DNA of 64,000 bases, from positions 4,402,001-4,466,000 of the forward strand of contig NC_086108.1 of the NCBI RefSeq assembly GCF_963921235.1. Direction: 5' to 3'. Numbering within the stretch: position 1 is the first letter of the stretch; each line of letters begins with the position of its first letter. The notes below the pieces were generated by a model. The model worked only from the letters and a program-made list of their open reading frames with translations, searched no databases and had not been told where the DNA came from. A program made the position numbers and the translations under genes. This DNA is from Mobula hypostoma (Eukaryota). Positions 37,101 to 49,887 of this stretch are shown piece by piece.

Positions 37101-39649
37101 GCACCACAAAAAACACGTTAAAATTATGTAGAATCTTTAGTGATGAGGCTAAATCTCCAAAGGTCTGGGATTAAAAGCTGAAATTCTGACTTGATGATGA
37201 TGAGTGAAATTTCATCGACTCCACTCAGTGGAACTCCGTGTCCTGAGTATTCTGACCAGTGAAGCCTCTGAGTTTTCATCAGGGGCCCCCACCACCCAGG
37301 CCATGCTCCCTTCTCATCGCTGCCATCAGGAAGAAGGTACAAGAGCCTCACACCACCAGGTTCAGGAACAATTATCACCTCTCAACCATCAGGCTCCTGA
37401 ACCAAAGGGGATAACTTCACTTAACTTCATTTGCCCCATCATTGAGATGTTTTCACAACTTTCAAAGACTCTTCATCTCATGTTCTCAATATTTATTGCT
37501 TATTTATTTATTCTTTTTTTCTTTCTTACTGCATTTACACAGTTTGTTTGCAGTTTACAGTTCCTGATGTTTACAGTTCAATAGGTTTCAGTAGGTACAT
37601 TTAATGTCAGAGAAATGTATACAATATACATCCTGAAATTCTTTACAGTAACTATTCTATAGATTTGCTGAGTATACCCGCAGAAAATGAATCTCAGGGT
37701 TCTATGTGGTGACATATATGTACTCTGATAATAAAATTTACTTTGAACTTTGAACTAATGTGCAATGCAATCCCAGCATTGCACCCACCACTCTCTGCGT
37801 AAAAAAACAACCTTGCCTCTAATATTCCCCCCCCACATACTTTCCTCTGATCATGTTGAAATTATGGCCCCTGGTATTAGCCATTCCTACCCAGGCTGTC
37901 CACTCGATTTAAGCCTTTTATCATTTGTACACCTCTTGTACTTGTGTGTGGCGGCATCTGCCTGGATCAAAGTTCAAAGTAACTTTACAATCAAAGTATG
38001 TATTTGCTACCATGCACTACTTTGAGTTTCATTTCCCTACAAGCAAGTACGGGAGAAAAGAAAAGCAGTAGAATTTATGAAAACTGTATATGAACAAAGA
38101 CTGACGAACTCACAAAGGTTTTCTCTCCACTCCAATTCTTATTCTCTCTCCTTTCCCCCTTTTCCTTCCCCTTCCTCTCTTTCATTCCCTCCTCCGATCC
38201 TGCCTTCTTTTCTCCCACCCCCACCCCTTCCCCCTAGGTTCCTGGGGCCCCAGCCTAATGTCAGTGAGAATCCCGCAAACCCTTTCCCTCTCTCTTCACA
38301 GCGTTGCTGTCGATGAATACCAGGCGCGGTTCTACGGCAATCTCCCTGCACCGGTTATCCTTTAACCCCAGCCTCGTGAGGTGAAACTCTCACAGGCTCT
38401 CCTTGGCTCCCTGCCGAATACTTTAAATAGTTTTTTTCTCTACGCTCCAATCCCCCTTTATATATTTTAGCTGGGTTTACATCTGCCTGGCACATGTCAA
38501 TAATTGAAGCCATTTTGCATTCCAAGGTACAGATGGCAAAATGCCTGAACCTGTAAGTATTGTAAGTTCCTCAGATTGAAAGATTTTGCATCTATCTAGA
38601 TGCCTTCGTTGAGGTCAAAATTCCAGTTGTGGAAACTCCTTGTCTCTGAAATGGCCTCCCCATCTCCCCCCACGGCACACTTGAAAGTTGCTGGGTTGTT
38701 ATCAAAGCGAGCTAGGGTTGAATGGCCGGCCTCACTCCGTGCTGCAAGATGCACCCCAGCGGTTATGAACAGAAGGGATTTAATCCCAAACCAGGACAGG
38801 GAATATTACTGGTGTTTTTTTGTAATATATTTTACTGTTGTCGGATGTACCCAGTGACAAACCTTTTGTCAGTATTTTCCCGTTCCCATGAACTGGGGAG
38901 GTGGGTCATGGTAGTGTAACGCGATGATTCTCTGTTGCACATCGATAAAAGTTGGCCAGCAATTTTTCAGGCAGGTTAGCTCTCGTTAAACACCTCGGGT
39001 GTTCTATATAGGACCTGTTCTAAGTCCTATTCAACAACCATGTCTCGATGTCAGTCTTCACTGGCTCCCACTCCAACAGCCCCTCTGCTATTAAATCCCC
39101 ACACTAGTCCTTCAACTCCCACACTACAGCCCTCACTCTGCCTTCTCCACTCTCCCCCAACACTGGTTACTCCATCAGACATGGGCCTAGCGGCCTACCT
39201 CTCGCAGCCTAGTTCTCCTCCCTCACCATATTCCTCCCCACCATTACTGTATCCACAAGAAGCACAGCCTCAAAAGGGTAACGTCTGCCACAAACGACCC
39301 CTACCATATGGGCCATCTTCTTGCATCTTCTTGCATCTATCCATGGCCAGAGGCTACAGTAGTCCGAAGGTTCAACACCAGCTCTTGAACCAACTGACAG
39401 AACTTGAAACTCTGTCTCAGTATAGTAACAGTATGTTCACTTTGCATGAAAAAGGCCCCTTTTCTTCAAATTGTATGATTTTTGGAAAAAACCTGAATAT
39501 TGTATGTTTGTTTAATGGGACTGACTCACTCACCTGGCCCAATACTCCAGAATACCCTCAGCAAATCCCAACACTCTTCCTCTCTCACTGTCCTTCCCTA
39601 GTCTTTACTCTTACCCTTGCCCTCTCTCACTCCCTCCCCTACCCCTTCC

Positions 39650-40210
39650 TCTTCCAACCCCTCCCACCCCCACACCTCCCCTTCACCCCTCACCCTTCCC
39701 CTTCCCCCTTCCCCTTCCCCCTTCCCCTTCCCCCTTCCCCCTCACCCTTCCCCTTCCCCTTTCCCACTCCCCCTCCTCTTCCCCTTCCCCCTTCCCCCTC
39801 ACCCTTTCCCCCTCCCCTCCTCTCTCCCCTCCCCCTCCCCCTCCCTCTTCCCTCTTCCCCCTCACCCTTTCCCCTCCCCCTCCCTTCCTACCCCTCTCCC
39901 CTCCCTCCTTCCCCCTCCCCCTGCCCCTCCTCTCTTCCTGTCCTGCCTCCCCCTCCTCTCCCTCACTCACGCTCTCCCTCTCTCTGCCTCTCACTCGCGC
40001 ACACTCTCTCACTCGCACTCTCCCTCTCCCTGTCTCTCACTCGCACTCACTCTCTCTCGTACTCTCCCTCTCGCGCTCTCTCTCACTCACACACTCTCTC
40101 TCGCTGTCTCTCTCTCTCTCTGGCACTCTCTCACTCTTGCTCTTTCCCCCTCTCTCTCTTTCCCACTCCCGCTCTCGCACTCTCTCTCTCACTCACACTC
40201 TCTCTTTGCT
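39650..40210. repeat. Polypyrimidine low-complexity tract, (CCCCTT)n then (CT)n/(CTCA)n
   Basis: Seen directly in the sequence. Confidence 0.9.
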
Positions 40211-40261
40211 TCATTGGAATGCCTCTCTCTACTTCGCTGAGCTTTGTGTTACCTGGCCCCC

Positions 40262-41120
40262 TCTCCCCCTCCCCTTCAAATCCACCGGCCTCCCCTTCAA
40301 TCCCACCGGCCTCCCCTTCAAACCCACCGCGGCCTCCCCTTCAAATCCACCGGCCTCCCCTTCAAATCCACCGGCCTCCCCTTCAAACCCACCGGCCTCC
40401 CCTTCAAACCCACCGCGGCCTCCCCTTCAAATCCACCGGCCTCCCCTTCAAATCCACCGCGGCCTCCCCTTCAAATCCACCGGCCTCCCCTTCAAATCCA
40501 CCGCGGCCTCCCCTTCAATCCTATCAGCCTCCCCTTCAATCCTATCAGCCTCCCCTTCAATCCTATCGGCCTCCCCTTCAATCCTATCGGCCTCCCCTTC
40601 AAACCCACCGCGGCCTCCCCTTCAAACCCACCGCGGCCTCCCCTTCAAACCCACCGGCCTCCCCTTCAAATCCACCGGCCTCCCCTTCAATCCTATCGGC
40701 CTCCCCTTCAAATCCACCGCGGCCTCCCCTTCAAACCCACCGCGGCCTCCCCTTCAAATCCACCGGCCTCCCCTTCAAAACCACCGGCCTCCCCTTCAAA
40801 CCCACCGCGGCCTCCCCTTCAAATCCACCGGCCTCCCCTTCAATCCTATCGGCCTCCCCTTCAAACCCACCGGCCTCCCCTTCAATCCCACCGGCCTCCC
40901 CTTCAAACCCACCGGCCTCCCCTTCAAACCCACCGCGGCCTCCCCTTCAAATCCACCGGCCTCCCCTTCAATCCCACCGGCCTCCCCTTCAAACCCACCG
41001 CGGCCTCCCCTTCAAATCCACCGGCCTCCCCTTCAATCCTATCAGCCTCCCCTTCAAACCCACCGGCCTCCCCTTCAAACCCACCGGCCTCCCCTTTAAA
41101 CCCATCGGCCTCCCCTTTAA
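40262..41120. repeat. 21/23-bp minisatellite (GGCCTCCCCTTCAAAYCCACC[GC]), about 40 copies, derived from a minus-strand CR1 3' segment
   Basis: Contiguous with the CR1 remnant at 41120-41560 (-). That frame reads VEARGLGVFKGEADGFKGEAGGFEGEA..., so the CR1 'FKAEVD' segment is reiterated. Confidence 0.85.
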
Positions 41121-41560
41121 ACACACCCAGTCCCCTGGCCTCCACAGCCATCCGTGGCAATGAATTCCACAGATCCAGCACCCTCTGATTAAAGAAAGTC
41201 CTCCTCCTCTCTACTGTCAAGGGACACCCCAGTATTCTGAGGCTGCACCCTTTGGTCCTAGGTTCCCCCGCTATCGGAAACACCGTCTCCACATCCACTC
41301 CATCAAGGCCTTTCAACCTTTGATGGGTTTCAATAAGATCCTTCCCTTCCTCCTCCCCCATTCTTCTAAACTCCCGCGAGTACAGACCCAGAGCCATCAT
41401 ATATTAACCCTTTCATTCCCGGGATCATTCCCGTGAGCCTCTTCAATGTCAGCACTTCCTCTCATAGACAAAGGGCCTGAAACTACTCACAAGGTTCCAA
41501 GTGCAGCCTAACCAATGTCTCATAAATCCTCAGCGCCACATCCTTGCTTTTATATTCCAT
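41120..41560 (-). mobile_element. CR1 3' fragment
   Basis: Minus-strand ORF reads MALGLYSREFRRM...PRTKGCSLRILGCP..FFNQRVLDLWNSLP. Confidence 0.8.
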
Positions 41561-41734
41561 CACCACCCCGAGGCAAGAGAACAGGTTCCAGAAGCCTCAA
41601 GGAGAACGAGCGAGTCCCCCTCATACTCCTTTCTATTGACAGGTGAGCCCTCTGTAAGACGTTTATGTGATTATGAAACACCTAGATGGAGTAGACAGCC
41701 ATTTTCTTTCTCCCAGTGTTGGAATATCTAATAG

Positions 41735-42043
41735 CAGAGAGAGTATGGATATGGCAAAGTTATTTCCCATGGTAGGGGAGTCTAGGACAAGAAGGCACGA
41801 CTTCAGGATTGAAGGACGTCCATTTAGAACAGAGATGCGGAGAAATTATTTTAGTCAGAGGGTGGTGAATCTATGGAATTTGTTGCCACGAGTGGCTGTG
41901 GAGGCCAAGTCATTGGGTGCATTTATGGCAGTGGTAGATAAGTTTTTGATTAGTCATGGCAGCAAAAGGAATGGGGAGAAGGCAGGGGAGTGGAGATGAC
42001 TGGAGGAATTGGATCAGCCATGATTGAATGGCAGAGCAGACTC
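41735..42043 (+). mobile_element. CR1 3' fragment; its 3' UTR resumes at ~43777 after a Rex1 insertion
   Basis: Reads LFPMVGESRTRRHDFRIEGRPFRTEMRRNYFSQRVVNLWN. The UTR breaks after GCAGAGCAGACTC and continues as GGCCTACTTCTGCTCCTAT at ~43784. Confidence 0.75.
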
Positions 42044-43776
42044 ATAGTCATAGTCATAGTCATACTTTATTGATCCCGGGGGAAATTGGTTTTCGTTACA
42101 GTTGCACCATAAATAATAAATAATAATAAAACCATAAATAGTTAAATAGTAATATGTAAATTATGCCAGTAAATTATGAAATAAGTCCAGGACCAGCCTA
42201 TTGGCTCAGGGTGTCTGACTCTCCAAGGGAGGAGTTGTAAAGTTTGATGGCCACAGGCAGGAATGACTTCCTATGACGCTCTGTGCTGCATCTTGGTGGA
42301 ATGAGTCTCCGGCTGAATGTACTCCTGTGCCCACCCAGTACATTATGTAGTGGATGGGAGACATTGACCAAGATAGCATGCAACTTGGACAGCATCCTCT
42401 TTTCAGACACCACCGTCATAGAGTCCAGTTCCATCCCTACAACATCACTGGCCTTACGAATGAGTTTGTTGATTCTGTTGGTGTCTGCCACCCTCAGCCT
42501 GTTGCCCCAGCACACAACAGCAAACATGATAGCACTGGCCACCACAGACTCGTAGAACATCCTCAGCATCGTCCGGCAGATGTTAAAGGACCTCAGTCTC
42601 CTCAGGAAATAGAGACGGCTCTGACCCTTCTTGTAGACAGCCTCAGTGTTCTTAGACCAGTCCAGTTTATTGTCAATTTGTATCCCCAGGTATTTGTAAT
42701 CCTCCAGCATGTCCACACTGACCCCCTGGATGGAAACAGGGGTCACCGGTACCTTAGCTCTCTTCAGGTCTACCACCAGCTCCTTAGTCTTTTTCACATT
42801 AAGCTGCAGTTAATTCTGCTCACACCATGTGACAAAGTTTCCTACCGTAGCCCTGTACTCAACGTCATCTCCCTTGCTGATGCATCCAACTATGGCAGAG
42901 TCATCTGAAAACTCCTGAAGATGACAAGACTCTGTGCAGTAGTTGAAGTCCGAGGTGTAAATGGTGAAGAGAAAGGGAGACAAGACAGTCCTCTGTGGAG
43001 CCCCAGTGCTGCTGATCACTCTGTCGGACACACAGTGTTGCAAGCACACGTACTGTGGTCTGCCAGTCAGGTAATCAAGAATCCATGATACCAGGGAAGC
43101 ATCCACCTGCATCGCTGTCAGCTTCTCCCCCAGCAGAGCAGGGCGGATGGTGATGAACGCACTGGAGAAGTCAAAAAACATGACCCTCACAGTGCTTGCT
43201 GGCTTGTCCAGGTGGGCGTAGACACGGTTCAGCAGGTAGACGATGGCATCCTCAATTCCTAGTCAGGGCTGGTAGGTGAACTGGAGGGGATCTAAGTGTG
43301 GCCTGACCATAGGCCGGAGCAGTTCCAGAACAAGTCTCTCCAGAGTCTTCATGATGTGGGAGGTCAATGCCACCGGTCTGTAGTCGTTGAGGCCGCTGGG
43401 GCAGGGTGTCTTCGGCACAGGGACGAGGTAGGACATCTTCCACAGTACAGGAACCCTCCGGAGCCTCGGGCTCATGTTGAATACATGGCGAAGTACTCCA
43501 CATAGCTGAGGGGCACAGGCTTTGAGCACCCTGGTACTGACACCATCCAGTCCTGCAGCCTTGCTTGGGTTGAGATGTTTCAGCTGTCTTCTCACCTGTT
43601 CAGCTGTGCAGCCCACCGTGGTGGTTTCATGTGGGGAAGGGGTGTAATCATGAGAGCAGGGTGGGGACTGTGAGGAGGGGTAGGAGGGGAGAGTGGAATA
43701 TGTGTTGGTTGGGGGCCGACAACAGATGGCTCATGTGGGGGTTGGGCAGGGGTCACAATGTCACATCTGTTAAAGA
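42044..43776 (-). mobile_element. 5'-truncated Rex1/Babar LINE with RT domain (disrupted)
   Basis: Motifs NPSKAAGLDG, LNDYRPVALTSHIMKTLERL, LDPLQFTY, VMFFDFSSAF, TGAPQRTVLSPFLFTIYTSD, FSDDSA, KKTKELVVD, RLYFLRRLRSFNI. The 3' tail is (GACTAT)n. Confidence 0.9.
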
Positions 43777-44649
43777 CCCAAGTGGCCTACTTCTGCTCCT
43801 ATATATCAAGGTCCTAACTTTAAAGAAGGTGTTTGTGGCAAGTTGTCTTTTTGCACAGAATGTGCTGTGGGGGGTGATGGTAGCGGCAGATATGATAGCA
43901 GTGTTTAAGAGGCTCTTCGATACACAGATGTGCAGAGATTGGTGGAATATTTCATTCAGAGTTTCAGGAGGTTTGGTTTGTCACCAAAGACACTTGCAAA
44001 TTTCTACCAAAGTACCGTGAAGGACATTCTAACTGGCTGATATGTAGTTGGGGGTGGGTGGGGATGGAGTTGCACAAGATTGGAAAAAGGTGCGGAGAGT
44101 TGTAAACTTAGTCCACTCCAAGCCTCCGTAGAAATTCCACAGATTCACCACTCTCTGGCTAAAGAAATTCCTCCTCATCTCTGTTCTCAAGGGACGCCCC
44201 TCTATTCTGCAGCTGTGCCTTCTTGTCTTAAATATCCAGGATATCTTCAAGGAGCAATGCCTCAAAAAGGCAGCATCCATCATTAAGGACCCCCACCACC
44301 CAGGACATGCCCTCTCTTCATTGCTACCATCAGGGAGGAGGTACAGGAGCCTGAAGACCCACACTCAACGATTCAGGAACAGCTTCTTCCCCTCTGCCAC
44401 CCGATTTCTGAATGGACATTGAACCCATGAACACAACCTCACTACTTTTGCACTACTTATTCCATTTAATTTTATATATCTATTTCTTATTGTAATTCGC
44501 AGCTTTTATTTTTACTGTACTGCTGCCACAAAGACAGCAAATTTCTCAACAAATGTCAGTGACATTAAACCTGATTCTGATTCTGAACATTGGGTCGCGA
44601 GAAGGTCACGGTCAAAGAAACTTATTATCAAAGTACACACAGTCTACGT

Positions 44650-46178
44650 TGGGATGCATTAGTGATAATTTTTCAAAACTCTTTAGATTCTGGACTAGTT
44701 CCTGAGGATTGGAGGGTGGCTAATGTAACCCCACTTTTTAAAAAAGGAGGGAGAGAGAAACCGGGGAATTATAGACCGGTTAGCCTAACGTCGGTGGTGG
44801 GGAAACTGCTGGAGTCAGTTATCAAAGATGTGATAACAGCACATTTGGAAAGCGGTGAAATCATCGGACAAAGTCAGCATGGATTTGTGAAAGGAAAATC
44901 ATGTCTGACGAATCTCATAGAATTTTTTGAGGATGTAACTAGTAGAGTGGATAGGGGAGAACCAGTGGATGTGGTATATTTGGATTTTCAAAAGGCTTTT
45001 GACAAGGTCCCACACAGGAGATTAGTGTGCAAACTTAAAGCACACGGTATTGGGGGTAAGGTATTGGTGTGGGTGGAGAATTGGTTGGCAGACAGGAAGC
45101 AAAGAGTGGGAATAAACGGGACCTTTTCAGAATGGCAGGCAGTGACTAGTGGGGTACCGCAAGGCTCAGTGCTGGGACCCCAGTTGTTTACAATATATAT
45201 TAATGACTTGGATGAGGGAATTAAATGCAGCATCTCCAAGTTTGCGGATGACACGAAGCTGGGCGGCAGTGTTAGCTGTGAGGAGGATGCCAAGAGGATG
45301 CAGGGTGACTTGGATAGGTTGGGTGAGTGGGCAAATTCATGGCAGATGCAACTTAATGTGGATAAATGTGAAGTTATCCACTTTGGTGGCAAAAGCAGGA
45401 AAACAGATTATTATCTGAATGGTGGCCGATTAGGAAAAGGGGAGGTGCAACGAGACCTGGGTGTCATTATACACCAGTCATTGAAAGTGGGCATGCAGGT
45501 ACAGCAGGCAGTGAAAAAGACGAATGGTATGCTGGCATTTATAGCAAGAGGATTCGAGTACAGGAGCAGGGAGGTACTACTGCAGTTGTACAAGGCCTTG
45601 GTGAGACCACACCTGGAGTATTGTGTGCAGTTTTGGTCCCCTAATCTGAGGAAGGACATCCTTGCCATAGAGGGAGTACAAAGAAGGTTCACCAGATTGA
45701 TTCCTGGGATGGCAGGACTTTCATATGATGAAAGACTGGATGAACTAGGCTTATACTCGTTGGAATTTAGAAGATTGACGGGGGGATCTGATTGAAACGT
45801 ATAAAATCCTAAAGGGATTGGACAGGCTAGATGCAGGAAGATTGTTCCCGATGTTGGGGAAGTCCAGAACGAGGGGTCACAGTTTGAGGATAAAGGGGAA
45901 GCCTTTTAGGACCGAGATTAGGAAAAACTTCTTCACACAGAGAGTGGTGAATCTGTGGAATTCTCTGCCACAGGAAACAGTTGAGGCCAGTTCATTGGCT
46001 ATATTTAAGAGGGAGTTAGATATGGCGCTTGTGGCTAAAGGGATCGGGGGTATGGAGGGAAGGCTGGTACAGGGTTCTGAGTTAGATGATCAGCCATGAT
46101 CATACTGAATGGCGGTGCAGGCTCGAAGGGCCGAATGGCCTACTCCTGCACCTATTTTCTATGTTTCTATGTTTCTAT
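44650..46178 (+). mobile_element. Young 5'-truncated CR1 LINE; RT region open for ~380 codons, one frameshift near 45781
   Basis: ORF 44590-45795 contains PEDWRVANVTPLFKKG, QHGFVKGKSCLTNL, YLDFQKAFDKVPH, SGVPQGSVLGP, KFADDTKL. The C-terminus continues in ORF 45818-46099, and the tail is (GTTTCTAT)n. Confidence 0.93.
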
Positions 46179-46189
46179 ATGCGGAGAAA

Positions 46190-46495
46190 GGAAGTGCTTC
46201 AAGGATAACATCAAAATCAGCTGAAGAAATTCAACATCACATCTAAAATCTGGGAGGACACTTCATTCAACAGGTACACCCGGAGGAAATCTGTTCCAGA
46301 GGGAGCTGAGCTACATGAGAGCGACCACCGCTGTCCCACAGAGACCAAGCGGCAGCTGTGAAAGGCGAGAGTGAACAACCAAAAGCAACCACAGCCACCA
46401 CTTACTGCACCAGAGTGTGTGGTCCCAGATCGGCCTCCAGAGTCGCCAATAGACAACCCCTGAGGAGAACATCCTACTCGACTCGAGTGATCGTG
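46190..46495 (+). mobile_element. Possible RTE-clade LINE 3' remnant
   Basis: Degenerate FKDNIKIS-KKFNI..W and terminal C..VCG..IGL.S-like segments resemble RTE C-termini; heavily decayed. Confidence 0.4.
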
Positions 46496-47019
46496 TTACT
46501 GCTACCTTGGGATTCATCTTCTTGAAGATATTTACAGGAGAAAAGAAATGCAGTAGATTTTACAAAAATGCTGGTTGTCCATCATGTCCGACGATGACAG
46601 GAATCCTGTGCGGGAGAGTTTTTAAAGAGGAAAAGTCGTTGCACTGGGGCAGTTCCACTCTCTCAACTTCAGAAATCCGGGTCCAGTGGTACGAACAAGT
46701 GTCACAAACTGGGGTCTTCCATGGCCGTGGTGGATGACGATGACGTCTTCTGTGCCTGGTCATGCCCTTCGCTCTCCACGGAGCGTTACAGCACCGCCTT
46801 CTCACTGTAGATCTGATCCTCTGAGTGTGCCAGAGCTGACTTCACTATCCCTATTTGTCCTCTGGCTGCCCCTGTCTCGCCGGGATATGAGGCTGCCGGC
46901 TACCCTCAGCTAGTTTAGCCCGCTTGTCGAAGTGGTGTGTGGGGATGTGGCTGCTGTCACAAGCAAACAGCCGCAGGTGAGAGCTGGGTGTCCAGTGGGA
47001 GCCAAAGGTGAGTGAGCTG

Positions 47020-47380
47020 TCCCAGAATGGGCAGGACAATCCCCTTCACCAGAGGTGCCCCCCGGAATGGGCAGGACAATCTCCTTCACCAGAGGTGCCC
47101 CCCGGAATGGGCAGGACAATCCCCTTCACCAGAGGTGCTCCCCAGAATGGACAGGACAATCTCCTTCACCAGAGGTGCCCCCCGGAATGGGCAGGACTAT
47201 CCCCTTCACCAGAGGTGCCCCCCGGAATGGGCAGGACAATCTCCTTCACCAGAGGTGCTCCCCAGAATGGACAGGACTATCCCCTTCACCAGAGGTGCCC
47301 CCCGGAATGGGCAGGACAATCTCCTTCACCAAAGGTGCCCCCCGGAATGGGCAGGACAATCTCCTTCACCAGAGGTGCTA
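47020..47380. repeat. 40-bp minisatellite, 9 copies
   Basis: Unit CCCGGAATGGGCAGGACAATCTCCTTCACCAGAGGTGCCC with an exact 40-nt period. Confidence 0.93.
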
Positions 47381-47502
47381 CCCCTCCCTGGACCGGCCCA
47401 TGCACTCCAGTTTTTATGAAAAACTGTACATAAACAGACAAAGACTGACAAACGACCAATGTGCGAAAGAAGACAAACTGTGCAAATAAAACATAATAAA
47501 AT

Positions 47503-47835
47503 GGTGGATTCTGGTTAACTGTGCCATTGGTTAAACAGGGCCGCCGCTTATTTGGGACAACTCTTAAACAAGAAAAACTAATTGAGAAAATAGCCAGGAT
47601 TCCCTTTGTTTATTTGGGACATTATGCTGCTTAATTGGGACAGAGACTATAGCTGATCAGTTTCTAACTAGCATCAATTGCACAATCTTCTGTGGTCATT
47701 GGACACTACACTGTGCTTCGAGTGGGCGTTTTGTTACTCAGCTAAACAGTAGTTTGTGACTTTTTTTTAACCTTTTAACAATTTCCATGAAATTTCGGCA
47801 GCCACTTAATTGGGCGAAAAAGTACTGGTCCTGAT
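47503..47835. mobile_element. Possible non-autonomous DNA-transposon (pogo/Tigger-like) remnant
   Basis: Repeated subterminal-type motifs (GCTTATTTGGGACA, TTATTTGGGACA, GCTTAATTGGGACA, CTTAATTGGGC). The termini are degenerate. Confidence 0.35.
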
Positions 47836-47915
47836 GAACAGAATCTGTTCTATTGAGACCAAACTGTAAAGAGTCCTTGGAAGTGAGTCCTTTGTTGTGG
47901 AGTCAGTTCAGAGTT

Positions 47916-48200
47916 GTGGTGAGTGAAGTTATCCACACTGGTTCAGGAGCCTGATGGTTGTGGGGTAATAACTGTTCCTGAACCTGGTGGTGTGGGACCT
48001 GAGGCTCATTGTGGTGAGTGAAGTTATCCACACTGGTTCAGGAGCCTGATGGTTGTGGGGTAATAACTGTTCCTGAACCTGGTGGTGTGGGACCTGAGGC
48101 TCATTGTGGTGAGTGAAGTTATCCACACTGGTTCAGGAGCCTGATGGTTGTGGGGTAATAACTGTTCCTGAACCTGGTGGTGTGGGACCTGAGGCTGCTG
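47916..48200 (-). repeat. 95-bp x3 tandem array, same unit as 15761-16045
   Basis: Unit starts at 47916, 48011 and 48106. Confidence 0.9.
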
Positions 48201-48499
48201 TATCTCCTTCCCGATGGCAGCAGCATGGCCCAGATTAGACTGGACTAGTGAGTGAGCTTTAACTTTAGTTTAAATAGTTTGGCACCACCCTGTGGGTTGA
48301 AAGACCATTTCTGGTGCTTTCTGTCCAGGGTTCTGTGAGGTGCAGTTAAAATGGCCAACTAACATCTATCCGTGTCTGGTTTGTGGGATCGCACTGTACA
48401 TACCTTGCTGGGCATCTGTGAGATTCAGAGGATAGTCCCAGTAGTGGTTCAGGATGCTGGGGTAGACTTGGAAGTTGTTAAACCTGGGACCCTGTATGT

Positions 48500-49650
48500 C
48501 CAGACGGAGGGGGTAGTGTCCGGGATGGAGGAGGGCGTCTGTCCCCCTCACGGAGGGGAGGGAATTCAGTGTCCCGGACGGAGGGGTGGGAATTTGGTGT
48601 CCCGGACGGAGGGGGGGTGGATTAAGCTGGTATCCCGGATGGACGGGAGGGAATTCGGTGTCCTGGACGGGGGGGGGGGGGTGGGGAGGGATTAAGCTGG
48701 TATCCCAGATGGATGGGGAGGGAATTCGGTGTCCTGGGCGGAGGGCGGGGATGAAGCCGGTATCCCGGACGGAGCAGGGGAATTCGGTGTCCCGGACGGA
48801 GGGGGTGGAATTCGGTGTCCCGGTCAGAGTGGGGGGGGGGGAATTCGGTGTCCCGGATGGAGGGGGTGGAATTCGGTGTCCCGGACGGAGGGGGTGGAAT
48901 TCGCTGTCCCGGACGGAGCGGGGGAATTCGGTGTCCCGGACAGAGGGGGTGGAAGTCGGTGTCCCGGACGGAGGGGGGAAATTCGATGTCCCGGACGGAG
49001 GGGGAAATTCGGTGTCCCGGACGGAGGGGGGATTTCGGTGTCCCGGACGGAGCGGGGGGGGGGAATTCGGTGTCCCGGACGGAGGGGGGAGATTCGGTGT
49101 CCCGGACGGAGGGGGGATTTCGGTGTCCGGCACGGAGGGGGTGGAATTCGGTGACCCGGACGGAGGGGAGGATGAAATCGGTGTCCCAGTCAGAGGGGGG
49201 AAATTCGGTGTCCCGGACGGAGGGGGGAAATTCGGTGTCCCAGACGGAGGGGGGATGGAATTCGGTGTCCCGGACGGAGGGGGGATTTCGGTGTCCGGGA
49301 CGGAGGGGGTGGAATTTGGTGTCCCGGACGGAGGGGTGGAATTCGGTGTCCCGGACGGAGGGGGGAAATTCGGTGTCCCAGACGGAGGGGGGGAATTCGG
49401 TGACCCAGACGGAGGGGTGGATGGAATTTGGTGTCCCGGACAGAGGGGAGGGGGGAGGGCTGAATTCAGTTTACCAGACAGAGGGGAGGGAAGTCGGTGT
49501 CCTGGATGAGGGGTGGGAGGAATTCGGTGTCCCGGACTGACGGTGGAGATGAAGTCGGTGTCCCGGACAGAGGGGAGTGGGAGGGTGGAAGTTAGTGTCC
49601 CGGATGGAGGGGGTGGGGGGGGGCGGATGAAGTCGGTGTCCCGGACAGCG
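48500..49650. repeat. G-rich, CpG-rich ~24-30-bp minisatellite (GGAATTCGGTGTCCCGGACGGAGGGG)
   Basis: About 40 copies with variable G-run length, ending ~75 nt upstream of DPF1 exon 2. Confidence 0.9.
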
Positions 49651-49726
49651 GGGAGAGGTGTCAGACGGGGAGTGCAGATGGGTATCAGGTCAATGCTGAC
49701 AGCTCCTCCTATCACTCCTCCCGCAG

Positions 49727-49887
49727 ACTGGGCGAGGATTTCTACCGGGAGGCGATGGAGCACTGTCGGAGTTATAATGCCCGTCTGTGTGCGGAGAGGA
49801 GCATGAGGCTGCCATTCCTCGACTCGCAGACCGGCGTTGCCCAGAACAACTGCTACATCTGGATGGACAAGACCCACCGAGGGCCGG
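49727..49887 (+). CDS. DPF1: DPF1 coding exon 2 (161 nt; Requiem/DPF N-terminal domain)
   Basis: Encodes [54 protein letters not shown]. Has a branch-point-like GCTGAC (49695-49700), a pyrimidine tract with CCGCAG acceptor, and donor [16 protein letters not shown] and KTHRGP are DPF1-type rather than DPF2/3-type. Confidence 0.96.

Noticed and set aside
39040..41188. 707-aa proline-rich (extensin-like) ORF
   Set aside because: It spans a polypyrimidine tract and a CR1-derived minisatellite, and overlapping frames are open as well.
44590..45795. Functional reverse transcriptase gene, retron or DGR
   Set aside because: This is a 5'-truncated CR1 ORF2 with no ATG start, no endonuclease domain, a 3' frameshift and a CR1 tail.
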